From assembly GCA_036562185.1 (NCBI GenBank), contig DATCKN010000060.1, positions 10,128 through 42,127 of the forward strand: DNA of 32,000 nucleotides, read 5' to 3'. How positions within the stretch are numbered: position 1 is the first letter of the stretch; each line of letters begins with the position of its first letter. Origin of the DNA: Thermoclostridium sp. GTDB taxonomy: Bacteria; Bacillota; Clostridia; DSM-8532. This document shows, piece after piece, positions 8,160 to 17,199 of this stretch. The notes beneath the pieces were generated by a model that did no database searches, had not been told where the DNA came from, and worked only from the letters and a program-made list of their open reading frames with translations. A program made the translations under genes and the position numbers.

Positions 8160-8187
8160 AACACGTGTTGGTGGCGTGTTTTTTTGT
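8160..8187 (+). terminator. Intrinsic terminator
   Basis: AACACG-loop(9)-CGTGTT followed by TTTTTTG. Confidence 0.6.
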
Positions 8188-8227
8188 TGCCTTTTTACAG
8201 TGTTATAATCATACTTCAAAAGCAGAT

Positions 8228-8256
8228 CCGCAGGTAATCGATACCTGCGGTTTTTT
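8228..8256 (+). terminator. Strong intrinsic terminator or attenuator 47 nt upstream of rsgA
   Basis: CCGCAGGTA-ATCGA-TACCTGCGG followed by TTTTTT. Confidence 0.75.
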
Positions 8257-8302
8257 ACAAGCACATAACAAAAAAGCAAATTTAAAGGATGGGGTTTGAG
8301 TA

Positions 8303-9361
8303 ATGGATATAAGAGAATATGGATGGGATGAGCATTTTGAAAAAGAATGGAGGAAAAACTGCGTTGAAGGCAGGTTTCCCGGAAGAATAATTGCAGACTA
8401 TGGACAAAAGCTACGGGTTATTTCAGAGCCTGGCGAACTGGTGGTAAGCAGGCCTGTAAACAAGTATGGCAATAATATGCAATTAGCGGTAGGTGACTGG
8501 GTGGCGCTGGAAAATTCGGCTGAAAATCAGGTGATTCAGATAAAATTTGTTTTGCCGAGGAAAACAAAGTTCTCAAGGCTTGCCGCCGGAATTGAAGTAA
8601 AAGAGCAAATTGTTGCGGCAAATGTTGATACAGTTTTCCTTATACAGTCGCTGAACAGGGATTTTAATATCAGAAGGCTCGAACGGTATCTGGTTGCCGC
8701 ATGGGAAAGCGGTGCCTTACCAGTTGTCGTGCTTAGCAAAGCAGACCTGTGCGATAATGCAGCCGACAAAATTGCCGCTGTATATGGTATGGCACCAGGA
8801 GTTGAAATTCATGCAATCAGTTGTATAACAGGAGAAGGAATTGAGAACATAAAAAAATACTTTACGGCAGGTAAAACAGTAGCATTACTCGGTTCTTCCG
8901 GTGTTGGAAAATCCACATTAGTTAACACCTTGGCAGGCAAAGAGCTTCTGAAAACGCAGCAAATCCGCGAAAGCGACGGCAGAGGAAGACACACCACCAC
9001 CCATAGGGAGATCCTGCTTTTGCCTGGCGGAGGACTGATTCTGGATACTCCCGGTATGCGGGAACTATCGCTATGGGAGTCAGATACAGGCATGGAGGTT
9101 ATGTTTGGTGATGTGGAGGAACTTGTTAAGATGTGCCGTTTTAATGACTGCAAACACAGGAGTGAGCCGGGATGTGCGGTTAAGGAAGCGCTTAATGCCG
9201 GAAAACTTGATATTAAAAGGTGGGAGAGCTGGTTAAAATTGCAGAAGGAGCAGGCATATCTCGAAGGCAGAAAGGAAGTCAAACATATGCTGCAGCAGAA
9301 GAAACTGGGAAAAATACTTGCAAAATATCAGAAAGATTTTTATGGTGGCAAAGAACGATGA
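8303..9361 (+). CDS. rsgA: Ribosome small-subunit-dependent GTPase A
   Basis: Circularly permuted GTPase motifs: VLSKADL (G4), GSSGVGKSTLVN (G1), HTTT, DTPG (G3). C-terminal zinc knuckle CRFNDCKH..EPGCAV. Confidence 0.9.
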   Translation: MDIREYGWDEHFEKEWRKNCVEGRFPGRIIADYGQKLRVISEPGELVVSRPVNKYGNNMQLAVGDWVALENSAENQVIQIKFVLPRKTKFSRLAAGIEVKEQIVAANVDTVFLIQSLNRDFNIRRLERYLVAAWESGALPVVVLSKADLCDNAADKIAAVYGMAPGVEIHAISCITGEGIENIKKYFTAGKTVALLGSSGVGKSTLVNTLAGKELLKTQQIRESDGRGRHTTTHREILLLPGGGLILDTPGMRELSLWESDTGMEVMFGDVEELVKMCRFNDCKHRSEPGCAVKEALNAGKLDIKRWESWLKLQKEQAYLEGRKEVKHMLQQKKLGKILAKYQKDFYGGKER

Positions 9362-9433
9362 TATTAAAACAATAAACATAAGGAAAAAAGACTTGCCAAA
9401 TGGTCTGACATTATTTTTCATGGTTAGAAGTAT

Positions 9434-9471
9434 TATACTCCCTGAGAATTAAAAGGGAGTATACTTTTTTT
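9434..9471 (+). terminator. Intrinsic terminator of rsgA
   Basis: TATACTCCCT-loop-AGGGAGTATA followed by CTTTTTTT. Confidence 0.8.
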
Positions 9472-9709
9472 AGTAAATAATGGTATAATAATACCGGAAA
9501 ATAAAGCGTAATTTTTTGGAACCATTAAGCATAGTATTATGTCTAATTATAAGAAAATTTTGCCTCGATGGATGGGAGCATATCAGTCACATAATTGATT
9601 AGTCACAATATTGAAGGCGGGTGAAAGCAACTGTATTCCGGTGTGTAATTTGAAACAACGATTATTAAGTTGGACAATATAGGAGGAGATTAAGATTTTT
9701 GCTAGGAGA

Positions 9710-10441
9710 TTGGCTGTTTTTTTCCTTACACTGATGATAATGATTATTCTAAAGTTACTGGATTTACCACTTTTTGCAATAGTAATAATTACAGTAGCGA
9801 TAATGCTGGCTTTGTACATAGCAATAAGTATTATATCCCATAAAAAGCGATTAAGCCTGTTTGAAAATGAATGCGATCCCGAGAAATTCCTCCTGAGGAC
9901 AGAGAAGCAAAAAGAAATCACAGGCAAAAATCCGAAGGTAAAAGCCTTACTGGATATAGACTGTGCGGCTGCACTGATTTTGTCAGGAAAGTTTGATGAA
10001 GCAAAAGAAGTCCTGCTGTCAATAGATAAAAATAAATTATCTTACAGGAATGGTTCATTGCTTGCTTACACAATTAACTTAATCAGTTGTTACTATGAAT
10101 TGGGAGAAATTGATCGTGCTGAAGAATTATATGAGACTCAAATGCCAACCCTTTCCCCGGTAAACAAAAGGATGATGCTTGCTGTAAATATGCTTATGGC
10201 GGAAAGGTTTTTCTTTTTAAAAAGATACAATGAAAGCAGGGAGTATTTTAACAGGCTGTGGAAAGAAAAGTTAAGCAAATGCAGGCGTTTGGAAATCTTA
10301 TACCGCCTGGCACAAATGGATGAGTTGGAAGGAAATACCGAAAGTGCTATAAAAAGATATCAAAAGGTTGCTGATAACGGGAACAAGCTGTGGATAGCGG
10401 CCAAAGCCAGGGAAAAATGCAGGAAAACAGAAAGCAGATGA
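9710..10441 (+). CDS. Hypothetical membrane protein: two N-terminal TM helices plus a TPR-like helical-repeat domain
   Basis: 243-aa ORF with hydrophobic N-terminus (LPLFAIVIITVAIMLALYIAISII), then amphipathic repeats (GKFDEAKEVL, GEIDRAEELY, GNTESAIKRYQKV). The exact start is uncertain (TTG at 9710 or ATG at 9734). Confidence 0.6.
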   Translation: MAVFFLTLMIMIILKLLDLPLFAIVIITVAIMLALYIAISIISHKKRLSLFENECDPEKFLLRTEKQKEITGKNPKVKALLDIDCAAALILSGKFDEAKEVLLSIDKNKLSYRNGSLLAYTINLISCYYELGEIDRAEELYETQMPTLSPVNKRMMLAVNMLMAERFFFLKRYNESREYFNRLWKEKLSKCRRLEILYRLAQMDELEGNTESAIKRYQKVADNGNKLWIAAKAREKCRKTESR

Positions 10442-11349
10442 GGTTTATGAATATGAACAGGAGAATATGTTTTGTAGTGTTCCTTTTTGCAGTATTGGCT
10501 TTAATTATGCCTGTGCCGGCTTATGCGGATGCGGGGCCAAAGCCTTCTGTGGTTGTAACTTTTGAAGGACTTGACGGAGAAAGGTTCTATGCAACTTTAT
10601 TATCTGAAAGAGACTCCACAGGGCCTCATAGCGTACTGGGAAAATACCAGAATAATCAAAAGTACCATGAGGGTGACAAAGACTATGAGATCTGGCAGAA
10701 ATTTCTATCATACCAGGATGAGGACGGGTTTTATTTTTTGCAGTATTTTCAGAACTGCACCGATACACTGAAGTTTACCTGGGGGTATTATCCTCCGCAT
10801 AGGTTTAAAATTTTATTGTATTTTCCGGAGCAGGACAGCTTCATTGTAAGTGATGAAATACATGAGAGGTATGCCTTTGACAGCTATTATAAAGTTGATG
10901 CAAGAAATTTGGAGATTAATCCCGAAAAAGTATCAGGCAGTATAATCGTGGAGAAAAACTATGATTTTACATGGGAGATTATTTCCCTTTTTGCAAGAAT
11001 TATATTAACTATAGCTGTTGAAATCCTGATTGCAGTGCTGTTTGGCTTTACAGCCAGGAAACAGCTTTATATTGTGGCAGCAGTAAATATTCTCACCCAG
11101 TCTGTATTGAATATTATGCTTAATATTGTTAACTACAAACAGGGCAGCCTGATGTTTGTATTCAATTATATCTGGATGGAACTTTTAATATTTTTTATAG
11201 AAGCTGTCGCGTTTTCTGTCCTCCTGTATAAGTATCGCGGTGAACGAAAGATAGCAAAATGGCTTGCTCCTGTGTATGCATTCGTAGCAAATGCAATGTC
11301 CTTTGTTTTGGGGTTCTTTATCGCATACCTGATACCTGGTATTTTTTAA
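10438..11349 (+). CDS. Hypothetical secreted or membrane protein: signal peptide, about 170-aa extracytoplasmic domain, C-terminal polytopic membrane domain
   Basis: The start ATG overlaps the upstream stop (ATGA at 10438-10441). Signal peptide ICFVVFLFAVLALIMPVPAYA. About 4 C-terminal TM helices with intramembrane Glu residues (VEILIAV, MELLIFFIEAVAF). No family recognised. Confidence 0.65.
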   Translation: MRFMNMNRRICFVVFLFAVLALIMPVPAYADAGPKPSVVVTFEGLDGERFYATLLSERDSTGPHSVLGKYQNNQKYHEGDKDYEIWQKFLSYQDEDGFYFLQYFQNCTDTLKFTWGYYPPHRFKILLYFPEQDSFIVSDEIHERYAFDSYYKVDARNLEINPEKVSGSIIVEKNYDFTWEIISLFARIILTIAVEILIAVLFGFTARKQLYIVAAVNILTQSVLNIMLNIVNYKQGSLMFVFNYIWMELLIFFIEAVAFSVLLYKYRGERKIAKWLAPVYAFVANAMSFVLGFFIAYLIPGIF

Positions 11350-11526
11350 GTTGTATATGAAAGTGAAATGTATCAAACCTTATAAATATTTCAAGTTTAT
11401 TTAATTATTAAAAGGGTATATAATTATGTAAATCATCTTATTAACAACTGTACGCAACTGTAATTTTACTGCAGCTGCTGATACACCACAGTTATAAATT
11501 TTCATGGAACACAGGAGGAGATAGTA

Positions 11527-12189
11527 ATGGTAAAATATCGCTGTTCAGTATGTGGTTATATCCACGAAGGAGAACTGCCTGAGGGTTTTAAATGCCCCAG
11601 ATGCAAAAGGCCTGCTTCATTTTTTGTTAAAATTGAAGAAAGTAAGGAAAGCAGGAACCCATACGCAGGAACAAAAACAGAAAAAAATCTGATGGAAGCT
11701 TTTGCAGGCGAAAGCCAGGCGAGAAACAAGTATACATATTTTGCCCAAATAGCGCAAAGAGAAGGATACGAACAATTGGCAGAGATTTTTCTTACCACTG
11801 CAAGGAATGAGCAGGAGCATGCGCGTATTTGGTTTGAAGAGCTCGGGAAATTAGGGAATACCGCTGAAAACCTTTTACAGGCAGCAGAAGGCGAAAACTA
11901 TGAATGGACAGATATGTATGATCGCTTTGCTAAAGAAGCCGAGGAAGAAGGTTTTACAGAACTGGCGGAAAAATTCCGCAAGGTTGCAGCCATAGAAAAA
12001 GCACATGAAGAACGTTATCGCAAATTGTTGAAAAATATTGAAATGCAGCAGGTATTTGAAAAAAGTGAAGAAACAATATGGGAATGCCGCGTGTGCGGAC
12101 ATCTTGTAATTGGGAAGAAAGCTCCTGAAGTTTGCCCGGTATGTTCGCATTCCCGGAGTTATTTTGAAGTCAGGAAAGAAAACTATTAA
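11527..12189 (+). CDS. rbr: Rubrerythrin with rubredoxin-like CxxC...CxxC modules at both ends
   Basis: N-terminal CSVCGY..CPRC. Diiron four-helix core ([46 protein letters not shown]). C-terminal CRVCGH...CPVCSH. Strong AGGAGGAG Shine-Dalgarno. Confidence 0.9.
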   Translation: MVKYRCSVCGYIHEGELPEGFKCPRCKRPASFFVKIEESKESRNPYAGTKTEKNLMEAFAGESQARNKYTYFAQIAQREGYEQLAEIFLTTARNEQEHARIWFEELGKLGNTAENLLQAAEGENYEWTDMYDRFAKEAEEEGFTELAEKFRKVAAIEKAHEERYRKLLKNIEMQQVFEKSEETIWECRVCGHLVIGKKAPEVCPVCSHSRSYFEVRKENY

Positions 12190-12298
12190 AATACCATTGA
12201 CGGTATATATGCCTATGGTTGCAGGACGTAACCAGGTAATGAGGTTCCCGGTGAAGGTTGTTTTACCCGACACACCATGGCAATGTTGAGTGGAAAGA

Positions 12299-12329
12299 TA
12301 CCCGGTGTTTTGACTGCACCGGGTTTTTG
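12299..12329 (+). terminator. Intrinsic terminator about 110 nt after the rubrerythrin stop
   Basis: ACCCGGTG-loop-CACCGGGT followed by TTTTTG. Confidence 0.75.
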
Positions 12330-12487
12330 CTTTACTTTTGGCAATTTGCCGTTCAAAGTAACTGAACTGCTGTTTGCACGCCCGAAAAAACTTAACAGGT
12401 TATTTTGATAAATTTCGATACCTGTTTAAATTAAAATAATTATGCTATGATTATTAATGAACATCAGTTCTTATGGAGGCACAACCT

Positions 12488-13552
12488 ATGAGACCTTTAT
12501 ATTTTGAAAACGGAGTATTGAAACTGCTTGACCAGACAAAACTCCCCAACGAGACGGTCTGGCATGAATATAATTCCTATAAACAGGTTGCCAAGGCAAT
12601 AAAAGATATGATTGTAAGAGGGGCACCTGCCATTGGTGTAACGGCAGCCTATGGTATGGTAATAGGGGGCAATGGCATTGTTGCTGAAGACAGGGATGAA
12701 TTTTTCAACGAGCTTAATCGTATTGCCGATGAAATGAAGGATACCAGGCCAACGGCTGTTAATTTGTTCTGGGCTGTAGACAGGATAATGAAAAAGGCTT
12801 ATGAGAACAAAAACAGGAGCATCAGTGAAATAAGGGCAGCAATCCTAAACGAAGCAGTGGAAATGGACCTGGAAGACGTTGAAAACAACCGCAGGATTGG
12901 CCAATACGGGAACCGGCTTATTAAACCGAAAGATACTATTTTAACTCACTGTAATGCCGGAAGCCTGGCTACATGCGACTATGGTACTGCTTTGGGCGTA
13001 ATCCGCGCGGCTCATGAAGCAGGGAAAGAGATACGGGTATTTGCGGATGAAACACGCCCATACCTGCAGGGAGCAAGATTAACCGCTTATGAACTTTTGC
13101 AGGACGGTATTCCGGTTACACTGATCTGTGACAATATGGCCGGATATTTTATGCATAAAGGTGAAATAAGCTGTTGCATAGTCGGTGCAGACAGGATTGC
13201 TTCAAACGGAGATACCGCAAATAAAATCGGAACCTATTCAATTGCGGTTCTGGCAAAGGAAAACAATATTCCTTTTTATGTGGCTGCACCAAGCTCCACA
13301 ATTGATTTTGACATTGCTTCGGGCGATGAAATAGTTATTGAAGAAAGAAACCACAGGGAGGTTACTCATATCGGAGATATTAAGATTGCACCCGACGGGG
13401 CTGACGTGAAAAATCCTGCATTTGATGTTACACCAAACCGTTATATCACTGCCATTATAACCGAAAAAGGAATTTTATACCCGCCCTTCATTGAAAGTAT
13501 CCAGAAGCTTAAAGAAAAGCTAGCCGGATGCTGTTTATCAATAGAAGTCTAA
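12488..13552 (+). CDS. mtnA: S-methyl-5-thioribose-1-phosphate isomerase (eIF-2B alpha/beta/delta family)
   Basis: LKLLDQTKLP, MIVRGAPAIGVTAAYG, TRPTAVNLFWA, HCNAGSLAT, VFADETRPYLQGARLTA, GADRIASNGDTANKIGTY. The ATG at 12488 lies 8 nt after GGAGG. Confidence 0.85.
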   Translation: MRPLYFENGVLKLLDQTKLPNETVWHEYNSYKQVAKAIKDMIVRGAPAIGVTAAYGMVIGGNGIVAEDRDEFFNELNRIADEMKDTRPTAVNLFWAVDRIMKKAYENKNRSISEIRAAILNEAVEMDLEDVENNRRIGQYGNRLIKPKDTILTHCNAGSLATCDYGTALGVIRAAHEAGKEIRVFADETRPYLQGARLTAYELLQDGIPVTLICDNMAGYFMHKGEISCCIVGADRIASNGDTANKIGTYSIAVLAKENNIPFYVAAPSSTIDFDIASGDEIVIEERNHREVTHIGDIKIAPDGADVKNPAFDVTPNRYITAIITEKGILYPPFIESIQKLKEKLAGCCLSIEV

Positions 13553-13568
13553 TAAAGGGGAAGGTGCT

Positions 13569-15302
13569 ATGGACAAGCTGTGTAAAATATTGATAAGTTT
13601 GACTTTGACTTTATTGCTGATTACAGTACCGTCATTTGCTGACAATGGTGTGTCCCGGTTCGATGACGTACCACAGGGACATTGGGCCGAAAAAGCCGTG
13701 CATGACCTGCGCCTGCTTAAAATAACCGATGGCATCGGCAGCAATAAATACGGTATGGGCCTGGATATAAAAAGATGTGAATTTGTAACATACCTTGCAA
13801 GACTGATGAACTGGGAGACGGTAACACCTGAAAAGGGTAGTTTCATTGATAACATGGACACTTCAAAATGGTATTACCCGTATATAGAGACAGCTTACAG
13901 GAATGGTGCGATACCGGAGGGCATAAAAGAATTCCGTCCTGAAGATCCAATCACGAGAGAAGAAATGGCAATAATGCTTGTGAACGCTTTGGGATATGGC
14001 TATCTGGCGCAGCAGTTATCCGGGCTTGGAAGTGATTTTGATGATGTGTCGGAAAATACAGGGTACATAACCATCGCAAAAGATTTTGGAATCATAACCG
14101 GTACAGGCGATAACAGGTTTAAGCCATATGACACTGCGAAAAGAGAAGAAGCCGCTGTAATGATGATGCGGATGTATGAGAAAATCAAAAAGCCTATAAA
14201 TGAACTTCATGCCTTTTATGCAATCCGCTCATATCCGCAGATTGATTTTATCCCTGAACTGGATTCGGTAAGTTTCGGCTGGAGCCGGATTGAATATGAC
14301 TCTGGTAAAGGGCACGTTGTACTGAATACTACTTCAGGCAACAGAAATGATTTTTATATTCCGCCGGGCTTTGAAGAACCTTTTAATCTGGCCGAAGAAA
14401 ACAATGTTTCAACCCAGCTCATGGTATTTGCAGACAGCAATACGCTTGTGGATTTCGGCGGGGGTAAGCTTCCTGTTACAGAACTGGTATTAACAAATCC
14501 CGAATTAAGAAAGCAGGCAGTTTCGTTAATTGCAGAACAGGTTAATAATACGGTAATGAATGATATTGAAATTTCTTTTGACGGTGTGGTTATTGATTTT
14601 GAAGGCATGAAGGGGGAAACTCTGAAAAACGCTTTCAGCAGCTTTCTTGGAGAGTTAAGAAATGAACTGGATATTGCAGGGAAAAAGCTTATAGTGGCGG
14701 TTCATCCCGAAAGAAAACCCGGGCAGGAATATTATGACGGGTATGATTATAAAACCATCGGGCAAATTGCTGATAAAGTAATCTTAATGGCGCATGATTA
14801 CTATGCAAAAAGGCTTTCAGATGCCGAGATGGAAACAGGATATGCAATTACGCCGCTGACCCCTGCTGATGAAATATATTATGCATTAAAAGCCATAACC
14901 GACAAGGAAAATGGTGTTGAGAACCCGGAGAAAATCTGGCTTCAGATTTCCTTCGATTCGGTCCAGTGGAGCCTTCAAAGCGGTAAGGTTTTGAACCGGG
15001 AACCGTACAAACCAGGCTATGAACAAATCCGCCAAAGGCTTCTTGCCAAGGCAAAAGTACATTACTCGGTTGTTAACGGCAATCCATACATCGAATACAT
15101 TGGCGAAACAGATCAAACCCGCAATATCATATGGTATGAAGACTCAAGAAGCGTTATGGCAAAGGTTAATCTTGCGAAAATGTTCGGAGTGAACGGAATA
15201 TCCCTGTGGAGATTAGGGAATATACCGAATTACGATGATCTCAATGGTGAAGGCCTGTATCTCGATATATGGCAGAATCTGTTGAAAGAAACCCAAAGGT
15301 GA
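13569..15302 (+). CDS. Cell-wall-anchored SLH-domain protein with a C-terminal GH18 (chitinase/YaaH-like) domain
   Basis: Signal peptide. Three SLH-like repeats (FDDVPQGHWAEKAV..., ...WYYPYIETAYRNGAIPEG, FDDVSENTGYITIAKDFGIITG..FKPYDTAKREEAA). GH18 catalytic block FDGVVIDFEGM. C-terminal GISLWRLG. Confidence 0.85.
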   Translation: MDKLCKILISLTLTLLLITVPSFADNGVSRFDDVPQGHWAEKAVHDLRLLKITDGIGSNKYGMGLDIKRCEFVTYLARLMNWETVTPEKGSFIDNMDTSKWYYPYIETAYRNGAIPEGIKEFRPEDPITREEMAIMLVNALGYGYLAQQLSGLGSDFDDVSENTGYITIAKDFGIITGTGDNRFKPYDTAKREEAAVMMMRMYEKIKKPINELHAFYAIRSYPQIDFIPELDSVSFGWSRIEYDSGKGHVVLNTTSGNRNDFYIPPGFEEPFNLAEENNVSTQLMVFADSNTLVDFGGGKLPVTELVLTNPELRKQAVSLIAEQVNNTVMNDIEISFDGVVIDFEGMKGETLKNAFSSFLGELRNELDIAGKKLIVAVHPERKPGQEYYDGYDYKTIGQIADKVILMAHDYYAKRLSDAEMETGYAITPLTPADEIYYALKAITDKENGVENPEKIWLQISFDSVQWSLQSGKVLNREPYKPGYEQIRQRLLAKAKVHYSVVNGNPYIEYIGETDQTRNIIWYEDSRSVMAKVNLAKMFGVNGISLWRLGNIPNYDDLNGEGLYLDIWQNLLKETQR

Positions 15303-15354
15303 ACAGTTAAACTTGAATTTTGCGTAAAAACCTGATATAAAGGGATTGTTAAGA

Positions 15355-15372
15355 CTCCGGAAGCTTCCGGAG
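15355..15372 (+). terminator. Perfect 18-bp palindrome, possibly a weak terminator after the SLH-GH18 gene
   Basis: CTCCGGAAGCTTCCGGAG followed only by AATATTTA, a poor U-tract. Confidence 0.35.
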
Positions 15373-15419
15373 AATATTTAAGCATTAAGAGTACAGCAAA
15401 TTTAAATAAGGGTATACAT

Positions 15420-16616
15420 ATGGACGTAAGAAAAATCAGGAACAGCTATGAGCATACAATATACGCCTGTTATATTGGCTATATTACGCAGGCGATTATA
15501 AACAATTTCGCACCGTTACTGTTTTTAACATTCCAAAGTTCGTATGATCTGACCATCGATAAGATAACGTTAATAACAACTGTTAATTTTTTGGTCCAGC
15601 TGCTGGTAGACCTGGTTTCAACAAAACTGGTGGACAAGATTGGATATCGGGTATCGGCAATATGTGCTCACTTTTTTACAGGCATTGGGTTATTGGGAAT
15701 GGCCTTTTTACCCGACCTGTCTGCGTCTGCGTATACAGGTTTGATTGTTTCTATTGTACTTTATGCCATAGGCGGAGGTCTTATTGAGGTAATTATCAGT
15801 CCCATCGTTGAAGCGTGCCCTACAGAAAAAAAAGAAGCTGCAATGAGCCTGTTGCATTCCTTTTACTGCTGGGGCCATGTCGGTGTAGTTTTGGTTTCCA
15901 CTGCATTTTTTGCTTTAGCGGGTATAAATAATTGGAGATTGCTCTCCTGTATCTGGGCTATTATACCATTGGCCAATTTGCTGTATTTCACCCAGGTGCC
16001 GATATATCCTGTAGTGAAAGAAAATGAAGGGCTTTCGGTGAAAGCGCTTTTCAGCAAAAAAATCTTCTGGCTGATTATGCTTCTAATGGTGTGTGCAGGA
16101 GCTTCGGAACAGGCAATGAGTCAATGGTCATCTGCATTTGCAGAGTCAGGGCTGAAAGTATCAAAAACAACAGGCGACCTCGCAGGGCCTTGTATCTTTG
16201 CAGCATTAATGGGAACTGCCAGAGCCCTTTATGGAAAATACAGCGATTACATTCCGCTTAAGAAAATGATGATACTAAGTGCAGTACTGTGTATCATCAG
16301 TTATTCCCTGGCCACGCTGACAGGGAATGCTGCGTTAGGTTTTATAGGCTGTGCCCTGTGCGGTTTTTCGGTAGGCATATTTTGGCCGGGAACATTCAGT
16401 ATTGCGGCTAAAATTATACCGGCCGGAGGCACGGCAATGTATGCCCTGATGGCTCTTGCGGGGGATTTAGGCTGTTCAGCGGGGCCAACACTTGTCGGGT
16501 TTGTGGCAAATGCCAGAAATGGCATGTTAAGTGCCGGGCTTCTGATGGCAATGGTCTTTCCAATATTAATGCTAACCGGGCTTTTGGTGTTGAAAAGAAA
16601 TAAAAATGCCGGATAA
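15420..16616 (+). CDS. MFS-type transporter (about 12 TM helices)
   Basis: 398-aa, highly hydrophobic ORF with two six-helix halves separated by a loop (VVKENEGLSVKALFSKK). Substrate unknown. Confidence 0.8.
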   Translation: MDVRKIRNSYEHTIYACYIGYITQAIINNFAPLLFLTFQSSYDLTIDKITLITTVNFLVQLLVDLVSTKLVDKIGYRVSAICAHFFTGIGLLGMAFLPDLSASAYTGLIVSIVLYAIGGGLIEVIISPIVEACPTEKKEAAMSLLHSFYCWGHVGVVLVSTAFFALAGINNWRLLSCIWAIIPLANLLYFTQVPIYPVVKENEGLSVKALFSKKIFWLIMLLMVCAGASEQAMSQWSSAFAESGLKVSKTTGDLAGPCIFAALMGTARALYGKYSDYIPLKKMMILSAVLCIISYSLATLTGNAALGFIGCALCGFSVGIFWPGTFSIAAKIIPAGGTAMYALMALAGDLGCSAGPTLVGFVANARNGMLSAGLLMAMVFPILMLTGLLVLKRNKNAG

Positions 16617-16818
16617 ATTGTGGGATGCCACCGTCCTTTCGAAAACGGTACAACACATGTATGCCTGGTTGGCCTGAATCAGATTAAACGTCGTAATATG
16701 CAGATTGTTTGTATTGTTATTGCGGGTAATGCATGTTATGATTATTGCCATGTTATGCTAATATGTATATAATTCTTTAATAAAAAGTAAACTAAACCAA
16801 AGTGGAGAGGGGATAATT

Positions 16819-17169
16819 ATGATTAAAAGAATGTCTGAGATGAAAACAGAAATCAGGGAGCAGATGAGAGGCGGAAAAGGAAGCGTAGAACTGATTCATA
16901 TATTAAATAAGGAAGAAATGAAAGGCAAGGTTCGCCTTTTTGCAAAGATAGTTTTAAACCCGGGTTGTTCAATAGGTTTGCATGAGCATGTGGATGAAGA
17001 AGAAGCCTACTACATTATTAAAGGAAAAGGGACGGTTACAGATAACGGAACGACCACTACAGTCCAGGCAGGGGATGTAATTCTGACGGGAGACGGCGCA
17101 TCCCATTCCATCGAAAATACAGGGGATGAGCCGTTGGAGTTTGTTGCCGTGGTTATGCTGTACAACTGA
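16819..17169 (+). CDS. Cupin-domain protein (cupin_2 / mannose-6-phosphate-isomerase-like small cupin)
   Basis: 116 aa with cupin motifs GLHEHVDEEEAYYIIKG and GDGASHSIENTG. GGAGAGGGG Shine-Dalgarno. Confidence 0.8.
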   Translation: MIKRMSEMKTEIREQMRGGKGSVELIHILNKEEMKGKVRLFAKIVLNPGCSIGLHEHVDEEEAYYIIKGKGTVTDNGTTTTVQAGDVILTGDGASHSIENTGDEPLEFVAVVMLYN

Positions 17170-17199
17170 TTTTCGCATCCTTTTAAGGGGATGATTAGT

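Noticed and set aside
11417-11432. PerR/Fur-type box (TTATAAT-N-ATTATAA) upstream of rubrerythrin
   Set aside because: TATATAATTATGTAAA has about 4 mismatches to the 7-1-7 consensus in a very AT-rich context. That is not distinguishable from chance.
12190-12487. SAM riboswitch or other known leader upstream of mtnA
   Set aside because: No S-box consensus blocks. The only clear element is the terminator at 12299-12329, which is more simply the rubrerythrin terminator.
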